The position numbers and the translations under genes were made by a program. A stretch of DNA of 53,180 nt, filler included, from Basidioascus undulatus (lineage: Eukaryota), in assembly GCA_000826855.1 (NCBI GenBank). It is 4 parts of 4 records of this genome, joined end to end, with 100 filler letters (N's around TTAATTAATTAA, not from the genome) between each part and the next. Parts side by side here need not be neighbours in the genome. Positions count along the whole stretch, not along the records: positions 26,688 to 39,866 come from JTLS01000828.1; positions 39,967 to 53,180 come from JTLS01000829.1; 2 more parts are not named here. One strand, 5' to 3'. This document shows, piece after piece, positions 27,836 to 41,133 of this stretch. The notes beneath the pieces were generated by a model. The model had not been told where the DNA came from and ran no database searches. It saw nothing but the letters and a program-made list of their open reading frames with translations. The first letter of the stretch is position 1, and every line of letters begins with the position of its first letter.

Positions 27836-27937
27836 CCTTACACACGCCGCTCTCAACCCTCATCACCCCTTTTTCTCCCCTTCTTTCCCACACCCCAATA
27901 ACAAACTCATTATCATTATTATTTTCCGAACAACCAG

Positions 27938-28061
27938 CCTCGGCGCTGCGACCCTGAAGTTCACGTCCGAGGAGCTCGCCGAGCTCGACAAGCTCATCGA
28001 GGCTGCGGACGTCAGCGGCGAACGTTACGACGCGATACAGATGCAGGCTGTGAATGCTTGA
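27938..28061 (+). CDS. Orphan last exon of an aldo-keto reductase-like gene
   Basis: After a CAG acceptor: LGAATLKFTSEELAELDKLIEAADVSGERY..*, resembling the AKR C-terminus (ENxxA..L..EEL..L....GxRY). Confidence 0.65.
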
Positions 28062-28679
28062 GCGGAGGGTAGAGGAAGTATATTTATGAACGATCGGATT
28101 GAACGGATGAATGCGAATGAGAGATGTGTGGTCGGCTGGCGTGCGTGTGGTTGGGTTTACCGAATCGTGCGGCCTGCGAGTGGACGTTGGGCTTAGCGAT
28201 TTGATTCGGAATGAAAATGTACAGCGCATTCTCGACAGACGGATGTCTCACTTTCTATGGAATTATTTACATGTTGTGGCGCTTGTTGCATCGTGTCGGG
28301 GAGCACCACGGCAACACGGCGAATTCTGCAGGCGTATGAAGGGGGCGGACAACTTTCGAAGCGGAACATTTAGGCGATGGTGGGCGCACGCACTGTGAAA
28401 GAAAACGAACACGTCGATATTGACCCAGAAAATTGACATGAACTCGAGGACAAGAAGGCATCAGCGCACAAAGGAACGGGCAGTGACAGTACATGTATCC
28501 TCAACGGTCAGTTGTGCTGGCTGTTATTTGTCGAGAGCTCATCATACCATTATGAAAGCACCCAGAGCAATATAGCCTAGACTATTCCGCACCTTGAGAG
28601 TCCTTTCTGCCATGCTGCGAGATCGCTACGCAAGGCGGTGAGCGTATCGCGCGACCCGACAACAGCTGCTCCAGCAACT

Positions 28680-29045
28680 CACCTGCGGGATCTCGACCAC
28701 ATGCGCGATATCACCGGTGATATGCCACGTTGTAAGCTTTTCACGCCCTTCGGGTGGAGCTCAGATTTCGCAGAGGCGCTCCTCGACGCGGACGTTGAAG
28801 AAGATGTTCCCGCCGCGAGCGGCTGCCTGCTTCCTCATCGCGGCGAACGCTGCGCGCAAGTCCAACGAGGAAGGAACTAGCTCATATGAAGTAATATGGA
28901 CAAGTAGTTATTTGTGTCAAACGGTGGTGGTTTTGGTGGCGCTTCACTGTACCCCGCTGCGTCCAAGCCAATCACGCGAATGAGGCGATGGCCGGGAGGC
29001 AGCTTGTCGTCAGGACGTGAGATGACTCCGCTGGAATCGATTGAG
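28680..29045 (-). pseudogene. YbjQ/UPF0145-like gene, copy 1 (frameshift and internal TGA)
   Basis: RPDDKLPPGHRLIRVIGL..LRAAFAAMRKQAAARGGNIFFNVRVEE..WHITGDIAHVVEIPQ then a GTGAGT donor. Clear paralog of copy 2. Confidence 0.6.
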
Positions 29046-29759
29046 GGGCCAGGCCTAATATGTTTAAATAAGGATTGGGATGTGGGCAGACGGATGATGG
29101 GATTGCGCGCGAGCACTTCAGTGAACATCGCATGCCTGCTGCGGGGGAAGCAGAAAGGCACCAAGAGATGTTGAAGAGATTGACCCCAAGCAGGAGGGCC
29201 AAAAATAACAAAGTAATGGAGAGAATAATCCAGAAAATAATAGTAGTGAGTTGGGCCTGGCGAGCCCGTATGCCAACGTTAGCCAGCCGCGACAATGTGG
29301 GTTCACGCCGGAGTTCTCAGTCAACCAGCCGCAAGCAGTCATTTTCACCTGGACTAGGTGTGCTTCCAAGTTTTTTGCAGGATGATGCCAACAGCTGCAG
29401 GTGGGACTATTCCAACGTGAAATCTTGATAACACCCAGGGTTGATGAGATGGTGTGATAAGGAACGAATGGCCTTCGATACGGAGCACTTAATCATCACA
29501 AATGGCCATCCACTTATGATAAAAATATGCGATTTGTGCAATATACCTCTTCATTGTGGTCCCATTGCTCGGTATCAATATAAAAGTGGGCTGAAAGGAT
29601 TCGACATCTACGAAGTAGTCTCTGGCTTGGACACACCTCGGGTCTCCCAAACATCTCAGTTCTGTGTCGTGGTGTAACTGCAGCGCTCGATGGCAGATTC
29701 AGAGACCGTGAGAGAAATCCGCCCAAAGAGCTGCCACAGCGGCAAACCACAAACCTCAC

Positions 29760-30132
29760 CTGAGGGAGCGCGACCATGTGAGCGACGTTTCCCGGTGACG
29801 AACCATATCGCAAACTTGGTGTGGATGAAGGAATTATGGCTACTACTCGGGAAGTCCGGGTACTCGAGATATTGAGTCTCGCGAACGCGCTCCTCGACGC
29901 GCACGTTGAAGACGACGTTGCCGCCGAGGGACGCTGAACCGCATTGCACGTACGCCTCCCGTAACCCAATCCAGGGGAGAATAATTTCGTGTGACATCCT
30001 TTCTCCGTTTTTATCGGCCTGAACCTGAAGCCGTTCGGTGTACCCTGCAGCCGCAAGACCGCGTATCGCGATGAGGCGTTGACCGGGAGGCAGTTTGTCG
30101 TCGGGCCGGAGCACAAGGCTGTCGGAGTCCAT
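29760..30132 (-). pseudogene. YbjQ/UPF0145-like gene, copy 2 (one frameshift)
   Basis: MDSDSLVLRPDDKLPPGQRLIAIRGL..LREAY..LGGNVVFNVRVEE..WFVTG, then +1 shift to NVAHMVALPQ and a GTGAGG donor. Confidence 0.6.
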
Positions 30133-30700
30133 TAAGAATGTGTAAAGAAGTCTTCAAGAGTCCAAAGTGGTGAAAGATGGGTTACAACTGTGGAGTACAA
30201 GGCTTTTTCAACGCAATGTGCCACAGCGCGGCGCGGGCACTGCGGCGCAGGTCAATTGCGTGCGCTGCGTAGATGCTGTTTGTCTCCCGCACTCCCTTCC
30301 CTCACCTGCAAAGCGACCACTGGTTCCTTATGGTTCATCTTCTTGTGGAGATATACGTGTTATGTGCGATTCACCACCCCTAGTACACGCAATTCGGCCT
30401 AGCCCTATGGCTCACACAACCGAATCCGCAAGTGCCGGAGTCACCATGTTCATGTTATTTTACTAGTGTGAGGCTTTCTCGGAGATTCGCACAAGAGAGA
30501 GCGGACAAGAAGAAAGGATGGAACAGCCCAGAAGTAAGGGCGCGAGCACAATCTCAGCTTCAATCAATCAATGTGTCCATCTAGTTTCAGGAAGTCTAGA
30601 CATTCCAGAAAACGGTAGTCCAGTGTTCCGAGTCCAAGTGAAAGTGGGAATGTGTAGTACAACTAAAGTTCAAGTCAATCCGGAGCAAGGAAACATCCGA

Positions 30701-33700
30701 TCACAGCTTGGCGAGGGGAGGAACGTAGTTGCGGGGGTCGCGGAAGTTGGGGTTGGGCTTGAGGGCTGCAAGCGCAGTTGCAAGTTTAGGACAGCAGTTA
30801 TTGTTTATGCGATGTTTTGAGAAGGAAGTGACGCACCGTTAAGAGGCTCGCGCACTGCATAGTCGAACAGGCGCTCGTACACCATGCCGTCAGACGCTCC
30901 GAGAGCCGAATCGAGGAGACTTAAGGAAAGGTAGGTCAGCAGAGGTGAGGCAGGGCTGCAGCGAGATAACGACGCACTAGTCGGGGATACCGAAGGCGTC
31001 GACAAGGGCCACAGCATCGGGGCGCACGGCAGCGAGGAGAGGAGTGAGAGAGTCCTGCAGCTCGAGGTACTGCTCAGGCGAAATGTAACCACTATCGTAT
31101 CGCAAGGTCTGGTCAGCCCCAAACCTAGCCTGTGGGATGAAAACCAATCGCCTCACGAGGAAAGGAAGTCCGCAGCCGAGATGTCCAGCTGGTATGTGCT
31201 GTAGAGCTCGAAGCAGAGCTCAAGCGCACGCTTCTCGGCCGGCAGCGCGTTCAGGCGGTCGTCCTGCTTGAGCGCCCGCGCAAAGTTGCGGACGAGGAGG
31301 TACTGTACAGAGAGAACTATCAGCACCAGAACCACAGGGTAAAGGGATGTGGAATACTGCAACCAACCTCGCAGTGCGCGTCGGACAGGCGCTTTAGATC
31401 AACTTTCGGCGCGCGATGGTGTCAGCAGCTGCAGCAAGTGACGATGCATCTGAATGAGGTGTGACGCACTGAGAGACTCGTTCCACTTGCGATTACGCAG
31501 TTTCTTCTCGGTCATGTCCATAACGTGCGCCGCGCGGAAGCCAAACGCAGCCAGGAACCACTGGGCCTTGTCCTGCGCGGAAGAGAGCGGCGGCGCCTTG
31601 GCCTTCGGGTTGCGGAGGTAGGGGAGGAGGTAGTCCTGAACCGTGTGTAGTTTCACGTCAGCTGCGTTTCCATAGCAGCAGCATCGGCGCATAACCGTGC
31701 TTACTTTGACGGCGTTCTCGGGGTTGAGCTGCATGTTGGGGTTCTCCTTGAGCTGCTTGTATGTCTTGATGAGGTAACGCGAGCACTGCTGGACAATCAT
31801 GTACCTGCGACCCGAAAGCAGGATCAGCCGACGTACAAGACGGACGTGAGCATCCAGCTTACGAGTCGCCCTCCCAAGTAGCCTAACGTTCAGGAAGCGT
31901 AAACAAACACAGAAGACAGAACAGAAGGTAGATGACGCACAGTGGGCAGGTAGTCCTGGTAGAATGTGCCCAGGCCAGAAGCCAAGCTGTAACCGTGACC
32001 ACCGCACGCCCGGCGGCAGACTGCGTCGACGCTTCAACGAACGTGCGGCATTTTCGAAGCGCACTGAACTCACCCTCGATCGAGTCCGCAGTGGTCAGCG
32101 ACGCAACGCTCTTGAGACCGCAAGACGCCGCGTGAAGCTCAGGCACGAGCGAAACGTCGCCCTTGGCGACGAGGTCCTGGCTGGCCCAGTAGAGACGGCG
32201 CATCTCGGCACCGGTGAAGTGGAAGGCGAACGCGCGGACGAGAGCGGGGAAGAGACGGGTCTGAACGGTCGGGTAGTCGATCACCTGTACGAAGCCAGCT
32301 TCTGAGTGAGATAGCGCCTGGAAGAGGAATGAAACCGGTAGGCAGGAATGAAACGGGTAGGCTGTACCTGCAGCTCGATCTGCCGGCCGTTCGAGTCCTT
32401 CTGCGGCTCATCCTTGTCCGCGAACTGCCGGCGCATCGCGCAGTAGCGGATCGCGACTGTCGCGGCACCTAGAACCATGTCGTGAGCTCCTGCCTGTTAG
32501 TCCCAAACCGGTTGCTGCATACGCACGAGCAAGGGTCTTCGAGGCGTTCTCCACGATTCCAGCGCTGAGCGGGTACCAAAAGTCAGCCTCAGCAGAAGAA
32601 CAAGCTGCCGTGCTAAGTGCGGCTTACCGAATGAGGGTGAGAGTCCCGTACTTCAGACGCTCGTTCTTGGGCTTGTGGTACGCGCCAGTCGCAGGGTCGA
32701 TCTGCTGGAAGCGCGCCAGGAAGTTGACGTGCGGCACGCGAACGTTGTCGAGGAGGAGGAAGCCGTTGCTGCACGCGGAGTAAGCGTTCAGTAAGAATAT
32801 CCCAAAGAAGAGAGCAGAGGTGACGGAGATCTCACTCGTTGCCCTTGAGGCCGACCTTCGGGCCAATGTCGCCAATGGTGCGGCCGGGAAGAGGCTCGCG
32901 GGTCTTGATGTCGCGGATGGGAACGACGAATGGGTGAGGGCCATAGTGCTCCCCGTTGGTGTAGAGCTTTAGGAATGTACAGGCCTGTCAGCTTCGTATT
33001 CAACGCTAGGAATGGAAGCAGCGCATTACCTGCGCCATGACGACGGCGTGGTCGGCGCCACGGCCAAGACCGCCAATCCACCACTTGCTCGCCGTCAAGC
33101 TCGGCGAGTGGAGCACGAACTCGCGCGTCTTGGGGTCGTAAGTAGCAGTCGTCTCAATCCCGGCCAGGTTGGAACCGTGCCCGAGTTCGGTCTGAGCGTA
33201 GCAACCTGCGCGAATGAAGGTGCGTCAGACGCAGCGGAACTGTCTGTGCCGCACTACCGCCTACTTGCCGGAAATCTCGTAGCGAGATGCAGGCTCCCAG
33301 AAAAGCTTGCGCTGCTCGTCCGTTCCCTGCATGGCCGCTCCTTTCAGCATGGAGTAAGCCGGGACTCTATGGAAGTTGCCGTACTTGGTTGTAGAGCGTC
33401 GGCAAGAACATATTCTTGTGCAGGCCAGTCGGGCCGTGCTGGTCAATCAACCATTCCGCCAAAGTCATGTCTGATATTCACCTTCGCCATCAGCGGCCTG
33501 TGAATGCCATCTGACAGACAGAATACGCTTACCCTGCGTCGACCAGTTCCCCTCCACCGCCATCTTGTTCAGCTTCTTGTCCTTCTCCAGCGCCATCGTG
33601 AAGAATTCCTGGAGTGACACGGAGATCAGTCCTCATTTCAGACTTGTATCTGTTGCAGAGTGCGTACCGCACGCCCAACGTAATTCCGGTTCGTCTTGTC

Positions 33701-33964
33701 GAAGACGCCGCTCGTGTCCGACTCGAGCAGCTGGACCATCTTGGCCTGGCGCTGCAGGTACTCCTCCGAATAGCTGGACTCGATTTGTAAATACGCCAGC
33801 TGCAACCATTCATGGTTCTCAAAACAGACTCACAGATACCGCTTCAGCTTCTCCGAGTCGACGCTCGCCCCAGCCCGCTCCTCCTTGAGGAGCTCGGACG
33901 TGTGCTTGCCCGCGGGCTTCAGGTGCGCGGGGATGTCGATGTTCTTCTTGAACTGGGCTGGCAT
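30701..33964 (-). CDS. POX1: Peroxisomal acyl-CoA oxidase, multi-exon
   Basis: [75 protein letters not shown]; ends PLAKL* (PTS1). Confidence 0.95.
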
Positions 33965-35131
33965 GTTGAGCGAGTGTCGAGTGTGTTATAAGTGTTGTTG
34001 TCGATGGATGGGGGGAAGGGATAAGAGGTAGCAGGCGTTTGGGAAGAGAGAAGACGGTCGAGATCGACTGCGATCGAGCAGTCGGCCAAGGGGCAGAGCC
34101 GGGCGGCCGGCTTTGCCTCGCCGGCGACATTGCCGGCGAGCAGTTGCCGGGACCTTGCCTTTTTTTCCGTCGCTTTCGCCTCACACGCTGTCTCTGCTCA
34201 GGTCGTCGTAGGCGGTATATCGATATAGAATATGCAGATCATATGTAGCAGCAACAGCTTATACGAATACTTTGAGATCCGCGACGAATTGCCTGAAAAT
34301 TTTCACCCAGCTTCAGATGTCTCCGTCCGGCGCCCATCCTCTTCAGCGGCGGAGTCCCGCCCAACGCCCGCCGTAGCATGTGCCTAGCAAACAAAGGAAC
34401 TCGGATAACAATTGATACTACACGGAAATGAGCTATCATCCATGTATAGTTAGATCTGAAGAGGCGAGCGGTCCAGTCCGTAAGCTATACATGATGAAAC
34501 GCCTGTGAAGAGCCGCAAAAGGTGTACACAACGCGACAAAATTTTCATTACATTGCCCTACCTATCTGTACACAACTTAACTTCAAGGATGATATTTAAC
34601 ATTTCGAATAGCACGGACCAACATCACTGTCGCCAAACCCGACCCAGGAAGACAAAACACGCCGTGCAACGGTATCAACCAATGTCGACAGCCAACCAGG
34701 TGCAGACGATTACGATCCTGCGCAATCGTTGGCTTAGATCTGCCCAGTTACACCAAAATGTCCAAATATTTTTAGTACTTCACTTCCCCTAACAGGCTGA
34801 TTGTTGATGGAAAGCTCGCGTCGCCGAGTCCCGCTTTCGGGCAGTTACCACTTGCAGGCAACGTTGCGTGATATTTTTCCATAAACCGATGCTCCATACA
34901 GTCAAGCAATTCTGGGTAGACCCCTGTATAAAACAATTCAGCGCCTTAGGTCATTGAAGGGCTGGTTTCTGAACAGGCAGTTGAACAAGGTCTCGCGACG
35001 GAGCTGACGGAGCTAGCGACGATGCATCCAAGAACACAAGAAGACCTGTGGAATCTCCAATCGCAAACATCATGTATAACCGTGCCGCTCTAGTCAATCT
35101 CCATTCATGACCCATTTGACCATTCCAATCC

Positions 35132-36363
35132 TCAAACCTCACGCCCCGAGTCCTTCGCCCCCCTCCGACCAACATCGACCCGACCGCGGAACGTAAGCAG
35201 GAGGGGCGGGCCTGTACGTCCCGAGTAGCCCTGTAGCAATGAAGCCAGAAGAATCTTCTCATCGAGAGAGCTGTAGCCACCGTCGTAGCTCCAGTCGGCC
35301 GGAAAAAGCTTCTCCCTTGGGATGACGCGGAGCTGAAAGCGCTCGGTGGCGAGCTCGAATGGGCGCTTGGTCGCGCGCTGTATCTCCTGAGACGGGGCAT
35401 TCAGCGTAACTTCATCAGGCAGTGGCGGCACGGGAGCGTCATTGTCGGAGCGGGTGAGATAGTAGATCGTTCCGACCCTCGCGTTATTCTCGCGAGCGGC
35501 GAGCTGCAGACCGTACTTTGTGCAGGTTGAATGTCAGCCACCAAATCATGGCTCGGAAATTACAGAGAGAGCGAAGGCCTCACCGGACATAACAGGAGTT
35601 CCACCTTTCTCGCCTCGATGTTGTTGAAATGATGAGTCTGATACTCCCTCGAAAGACGGTCCAGGCACTGGCGGCAGTGCGCCCACTCCTTCGGTCCCCC
35701 CCAGCTGCAGTAGCCGTGCCTCATCTCCCACTGCTTGACGCATTTAAAGCAAGATTCCTTCACGGCTGACTCGAAGAGCATGTCGGCTATGAGATCGAGC
35801 AGCTCTTGGGCGCGAGCAAGACGAAGAAAGGCTGGTGGGAAGGGGGTGCGCGGGACCGGTCGGTGCTCGACCTCGACGGGGCGAAGAATGGCTGACGGAG
35901 GAGAGGGTACGATAACAGATGCTGGGCTACCATGGAGAGTCGTTGATTCCACAGATGTGGGCATGTTGCCGAACCTGATCAAGTCGTACGCCACAGCACC
36001 CGACGGCTGCAAAGGGAGCCATCCGGGCGTCGGAGTGAGCCGCGTCGGCCTGAAATCCCTGTGCTCCATCGCAGACGACCGAACACGAAACTTCTCCGCC
36101 CGTGCTCGATTCCCAACAAGGGCGAGAAAGTCGAGTCCGCCCGAAAAAGTTGGGTATGACTCCACGGCGAGCGAGAGCGAGAGGGCGTCGACCGGGAGAG
36201 CAAGAACGGTACTCGGCATCACGGGTGCGACGCTTGAAAGAGGGCCGTATAGAGGCGAAGGAACAGTGTGATGGTTCTTGATTGAGATGGTAGACCTGAG
36301 TGGCTTGAGCGGAGGTGGTGGCGGCGCGGAAACAAGAGCAGCGGCGCGGCTCGGGCTAGTCAT
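35132..36363 (-). CDS. Hypothetical protein with Cys-rich segment
   Basis: Long open exon containing CFKC..C..HCRQC, then a second protein-like exon ending GREV* at 35132. Confidence 0.55.
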
Positions 36364-36673
36364 CGGATCAAGTCCACAACACATTCTGCGACCATTTCTC
36401 TACTAGCCTTCGCTACGGATGATGGAAACCCAACTCCAAAGGAGCAATAACTCGCTTTAAGCAGACTTTACAGGCACTAGCACTCGAGGTGCTTGCTTTC
36501 TATCACGGTATTTCATGCCGTGCCACGACTCCTGAGCAAAACATTCGTTGTAGTTACCAAATCTGGGTTTTAACAGTTTGATAACTCTCGAAACAATTTT
36601 CGTTCAATAGCAAGCACGCGGCAGGTCGCGCGATACTCAATGTCAGGATCGCGAGGCCCCTCACAGTCAAACA

Positions 36674-36988
36674 ATGGCCCTGTCCTTCTTTCCCCGCTGC
36701 GTCCGCCTCTGCCCACAGTCAGCTCGCCCGTCGCAGCTATTGTCAGCACCTCAAACGCTAACTCATACGAGTTGTGAACACTCCCGATTCCCAGCTCGTT
36801 ACGATACCTTCGCGTGCATCGACCCCTCGGCCAAGCCGGGCGAGCACGGCAGTCTGGAGAACCCGAGGCCGTTCATCCGCCTCGCCGCGCTCGACGTGGA
36901 CCTCCATCACCTCGTAGGCAAGGACTACATCATCTGGGACGGCCCTGCAGGGATTCTGAGCTTCATCGTACAGATCAGTGCTTTGTAA
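36674..36988 (+). CDS. Hypothetical protein or gene remnant
   Basis: GC3-rich frame RYDTFACIDPS..ENPRPFIRLAALDVDL..YIIWDGP. Extent uncertain. Confidence 0.3.
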   Translation: MALSFFPRCVRLCPQSARPSQLLSAPQTLTHTSCEHSRFPARYDTFACIDPSAKPGEHGSLENPRPFIRLAALDVDLHHLVGKDYIIWDGPAGILSFIVQISAL

Positions 36989-37655
36989 CTCGTACTTTAA
37001 CGGAGCTTTCCCGGAACGAAGCTGACGCGGTGCGCACTGCGTACTGGCTGCCAGGCTCTGGTTACAGCACCCCCAGAAGGGACCGACGCGCATCGGTATG
37101 CAGGGGCGACATGCCATAACAAGGTCCTGGCTGCAGCTGCATTTGCCACTCCATCAAGACCATCGTGTGAGAGCATTTGCGTCATGGCCGAAGCTATTTT
37201 CTCTCTGACGCCGACATTTGGATCTAGTACGGCGGATCCGGCTCGTCCCATGGCAACCAGGCGAGTCAATTCCGTACACCATCATACCTGACTATCGTAA
37301 TCTTAAACACTGCTCACCATTCAAGACAGCCTGGAGACCGTTGTCGTCCATGAGCTTGTACCGGAGGAGCTCCGGGCCTGGCGTGTTGTCACTTCTGGCA
37401 TGTCGTGTACTCTGTTACCTGAAGCCCCATACCACCAACGAAGCTGTGATGTAGTTTGATGTTAGCTGAAAGTGGAAGCACCGGAAGGTATAAGGAAGCG
37501 GAGATTCGGGGTATTGCCTTGCCTTCTCATACTGCATTGTAAGGGCTTTCTTCCCATGGAAAAGAGACTTGTCGTTGTAAAGCCTCGGTCGTTGCGGAGA
37601 CGCGAAATTGTTTCAATTCCACCGGTTAGTTGCTATACTCTTCAAAGTGCTGTCG

Positions 37656-38800
37656 TTACGGCCTTAGATTACCAGCCATCCTCTGTAAGGCATTTTCATC
37701 GCTTCCGCCGCCACGACGCAGTGCGAGGCAACGTCGTACACAACCTGCTAAAACTCTATATAAACCTCTTCCTCCTTCTCGTATATCCAGTCGTCCCTCC
37801 CCTAACGTTCCTCCTGCACGCAATAGAACAACCCCCCCCGCTCTCACCGTCCCCGCGTTCCTGCGCACATCCACCGACCAAGGCGGAGAGCCTTCCTTCA
37901 AAAACGGCAAGTTCGACCAGAAGTCCTCCCAATGGAACCGGACCAAGCTCGGTAGCTGCCAGACCGCGAGCGCCTCGATCCTGCGCTTGAGCATGTCGGC
38001 GACGTGCTCGGCCCAGCGAACGCTACCCTTGAGCGAGCGTTCCGGATAGAGCAGGCTCCGTGTTGAGGGGAAGGCGGGGTTTCCGTAAGAGGGGACGGGC
38101 GGGAACGGAACTAGTCGTCGATGTGGAGGAGTCGGAGAGAGGGCAGGGAAGAGACGAGGGCGTAGCAGGGGTTCTGCGAGGGGTTGGTCGGGAGTCAGGT
38201 TCCATAAAATCATGGGGACAAGGTGAGGGGAACGGAAAGGGAATGAGAAAGCTTGCCTCAGTCAAGTTGCCGTCGTACTCGCCCTTCACCTCGAGGATGT
38301 CGATCCGTGGCTGACCGCGAGGCGAGCAAGCAGGTCGGCCGCGTCCTCTGGCTCCTCGGGCCAGTCCCGATGATGAACTGAAGGTGTCGGGGGTTCGAGA
38401 GCGTGTCGATGCAGTGGACAAGGTCCGGTAAAGTAGTAGTCATGTCGAGCTCGAGACGACGAAGAGACACACAGCACGCGAGGGAGATGTCATCCCTGTA
38501 GCGGCCCAGGTGCAGCTTCTCGATTTGGAGGTTCGAAGAGAGAAAGGTCGTCCACCAGCTTGGGGGTGTGCCGCAGTCTTTGGATGTCCTGAGGTGCTGG
38601 AGCGCAGGCATGCCTGACGGCAACAGGAGCGAAAGGTCTGGGCCGTCGATGCAGTGCACGTCGAGCGTTCGAAGCGTGGGCGCTGTGCTCGCGATCAAGG
38701 ACACGGACGAGCTGCCTCCGAGTTCTGCGCCCCTTGTCGCAAACAAGGAGAGCTCCTTCAGCCCTTCGCCGCCCGCGAAGAGATTGTCTGCAGGCCACCA
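37656..38800 (-). CDS. Hypothetical RNI/LRR-like protein (F-box-associated type)
   Basis: Repeating LxxLxL units (TLRTLDV, ALQHLRT, IEKLHL, SLRRLEL). 5' end and integrity unclear. Confidence 0.45.
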
Positions 38801-39866
38801 TGCATGTTGGAGATGCAGAAAGAGAACGGGTTTGAAAATCTTACATTTTCTGGAAAGACCAGTGTTACTCGACGCGGCGACGCTTTATGCTTCAGGCTGA
38901 TGTTGCCCTTCGAGAGAATCAGCAGACCGTCCAGCTGGGTCTTCAGACACCGTCGACGCTACGAGGTCTTCCTTCTGATAGCCGGCCCTGAAAAGAAGGG
39001 TAAATTGAGCAGTTCGAAGTGTAACGGGACTTGGAAGAATTGTCTGCTCCTTGATCGGTTTTTTTTTAAATTAAAGAAGGCGAGCAGCGCCCGCAAGCAG
39101 CGGCGTTCCACATGCGCCACGCTCGTCCCTTTGCGCCTCCCCTCCCCTTCAAGCAGCCCAGATACGGATGAACCCACTAAACCGTCCTCCCGCCATCAAA
39201 CGTTCTACCCTAGCGAGCTTTCACGCCCCAGCCCGTGCCTCATCCAATCGCTGACGAGCTCATGCGATTCGCCCTGCCCCACCGCCTCCCACCGCCTCCT
39301 ATCTCCTGCCTGCGACGGTTGGCGCTCACAAGAATCGAAAGAGCTAGGAGAAGATGCGGCCTGGGGATCGATTGGCTGTAAGCGTTTGGCGGTGTCAAGG
39401 GCGGGAGTTGGGTGGAACGAAAGAAGGAGGCGAAGGCACGGCGGCGGGAGCGTGAGAGTGGCAGAAGTGAGGGAAAGTGAAGCCGTGATCCAAACGAGAG
39501 ACGAGGCTCGTATTGATTAGGCGTCTCGTGATACAAACGCCTTATGTAGAGTAAACAACGTTGATCAAGAGACGCGCGAGACGCGATGAACGCAAGCGAG
39601 CGAACGCTTGAGTAGGATTCGTTGCCCCCAAAACAGAACCGGGCCGAGGAGCGAAGAAAGTGCGAACGGAGTGCGTGAGGTGTTTCAAGAGCTAGGCAGG
39701 TCAGTCTGGGCGCGATGCGAGGTCTCGTGCGAGGGGCTAGTCGAAAGAGCGAGGGCGCGGAAGTAGATAAGCGTCAGCGATAACCAGCAGCCCAACATTA
39801 GCCGTCCGACTCGTGTAAATCAAGTTCTCATTCTCCTCCCTCCCTCGCCCCCCTCCTCACTCCAAC

Positions 39867-39966
39867 NNNNNNNNNNNNNNNNNNNNNNNNNNNNNNNNNN
39901 NNNNNNNNNNTTAATTAATTAANNNNNNNNNNNNNNNNNNNNNNNNNNNNNNNNNNNNNNNNNNNN
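39867..39966. other. Artificial contig spacer
   Basis: N44-TTAATTAATTAA-N44. Confidence 0.99.
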
Positions 39967-41133
39967 CACCCCCCCTCCCCGAGCGCACCTTCCTTCTCGC
40001 GCGGCAGGGCATGCTGCGCGCCTACAACTGGGTGACGCTCGCCTTGAGCAGCTCGAGCGGGCTGCTGTGAGCCCGCGCGGCATGCGGCGGTCGAAGGAAG
40101 ATATCAAAGGAGCGTGCAAAGGAACCGTTCGTCCCTCTCTCTTTCCTTCGCCTCTCCCTCTCACTCTTCCGAGCATGCTGAGCCTGTGCCGGGGAACAGA
40201 TGGTACATCTCCGCCATCGCCGCTGCTGGTGCTTCTGCGGAGGAAGGGGAGGAAGAGGGCGAGGCTTCTCTGCTCCCTCCCCGCCGTGCGTCCTCGTCCT
40301 CAAAGCGCTGGCGCATCACGCGCTCGCGCTCGGCGTCGCTCTCCCCGCATCCGCCCGGCGGAGCAGACGCAGGACGCGGCTGGGGTTGGGGGTCGGAGGT
40401 ATGTCTGTGTTTCGCTTGTATTTCGGATGAGGCGGTAAGGCATTGACTATTGGTGTCGACAGTACATCCCCGCCGAGGCCCATCCCCTGAACCGCGCCGA
40501 GCGGAGGCTGCTACCGACCCAAACAGCGTAGGTCTCCCTCCTCGCCTTTCCCTCTCTTTCCACTCGTCCCTTCTCCCTCCCCCTTCTCCCACCTCCCTCT
40601 CTCCTTCCCATCCCCCCTTCCCCGAAATCCGCACTCCGCGCTCGCTGACCCTTCACAAACCTCAACCCAGGTCGACGTAGTCCTCATCGGAGACTGGGAC
40701 GCGCTTCAGCCGTCCTCTCCGCGCACGCCAACGCCGCAGCGGGCATTTTCCCCAGGAGCGCGGACGAACTCATGCGCGCGAGCGAGAAGGAGTGGTATCA
40801 GCGGGATGTGGAAGCTCGGCAGCGGGAGGAGAAGGGGAAGGTGCATCGGGTCGGGTGTCTTCACTGTCTCCTTTTTCCCGCTCAGTTCTCTCTCCCCTCT
40901 GTGTCTCCTCTGTGTCCCTCTCCCTTCCTTCCTTTCCGCTTTGATCCATCGTTCCGTCTGATTCAAGCCATCCTGACAACTCCCCCACCGCGCGCAGTCC
41001 GCCCCTACACCGTCCCAGCACGAACGCCCAACCGAACGCGCGCCGCCGCACGTCCTCCGACTACGGGCCGTACGACCGAACGGAGAAGCCCCCGCTGCCG
41101 AGCTTCAAGCGGAAGAGCACGGGAGGGGGGTGA
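39967..41133 (+). CDS. 3' part of a low-complexity hypothetical protein
   Basis: Exons separated by GTATGT/GTAGGT/GTGCAT introns, e.g. ADELMRASEKEWYQRDVEARQREEKGK and DRTEKPPLPSFKRKSTGGG*. Confidence 0.5.

Noticed and set aside
26636..27856. Long antisense and alternative-frame ORFs (406 aa, 340 aa)
   Set aside because: Shadows of GC3-rich RRN3 coding sequence.
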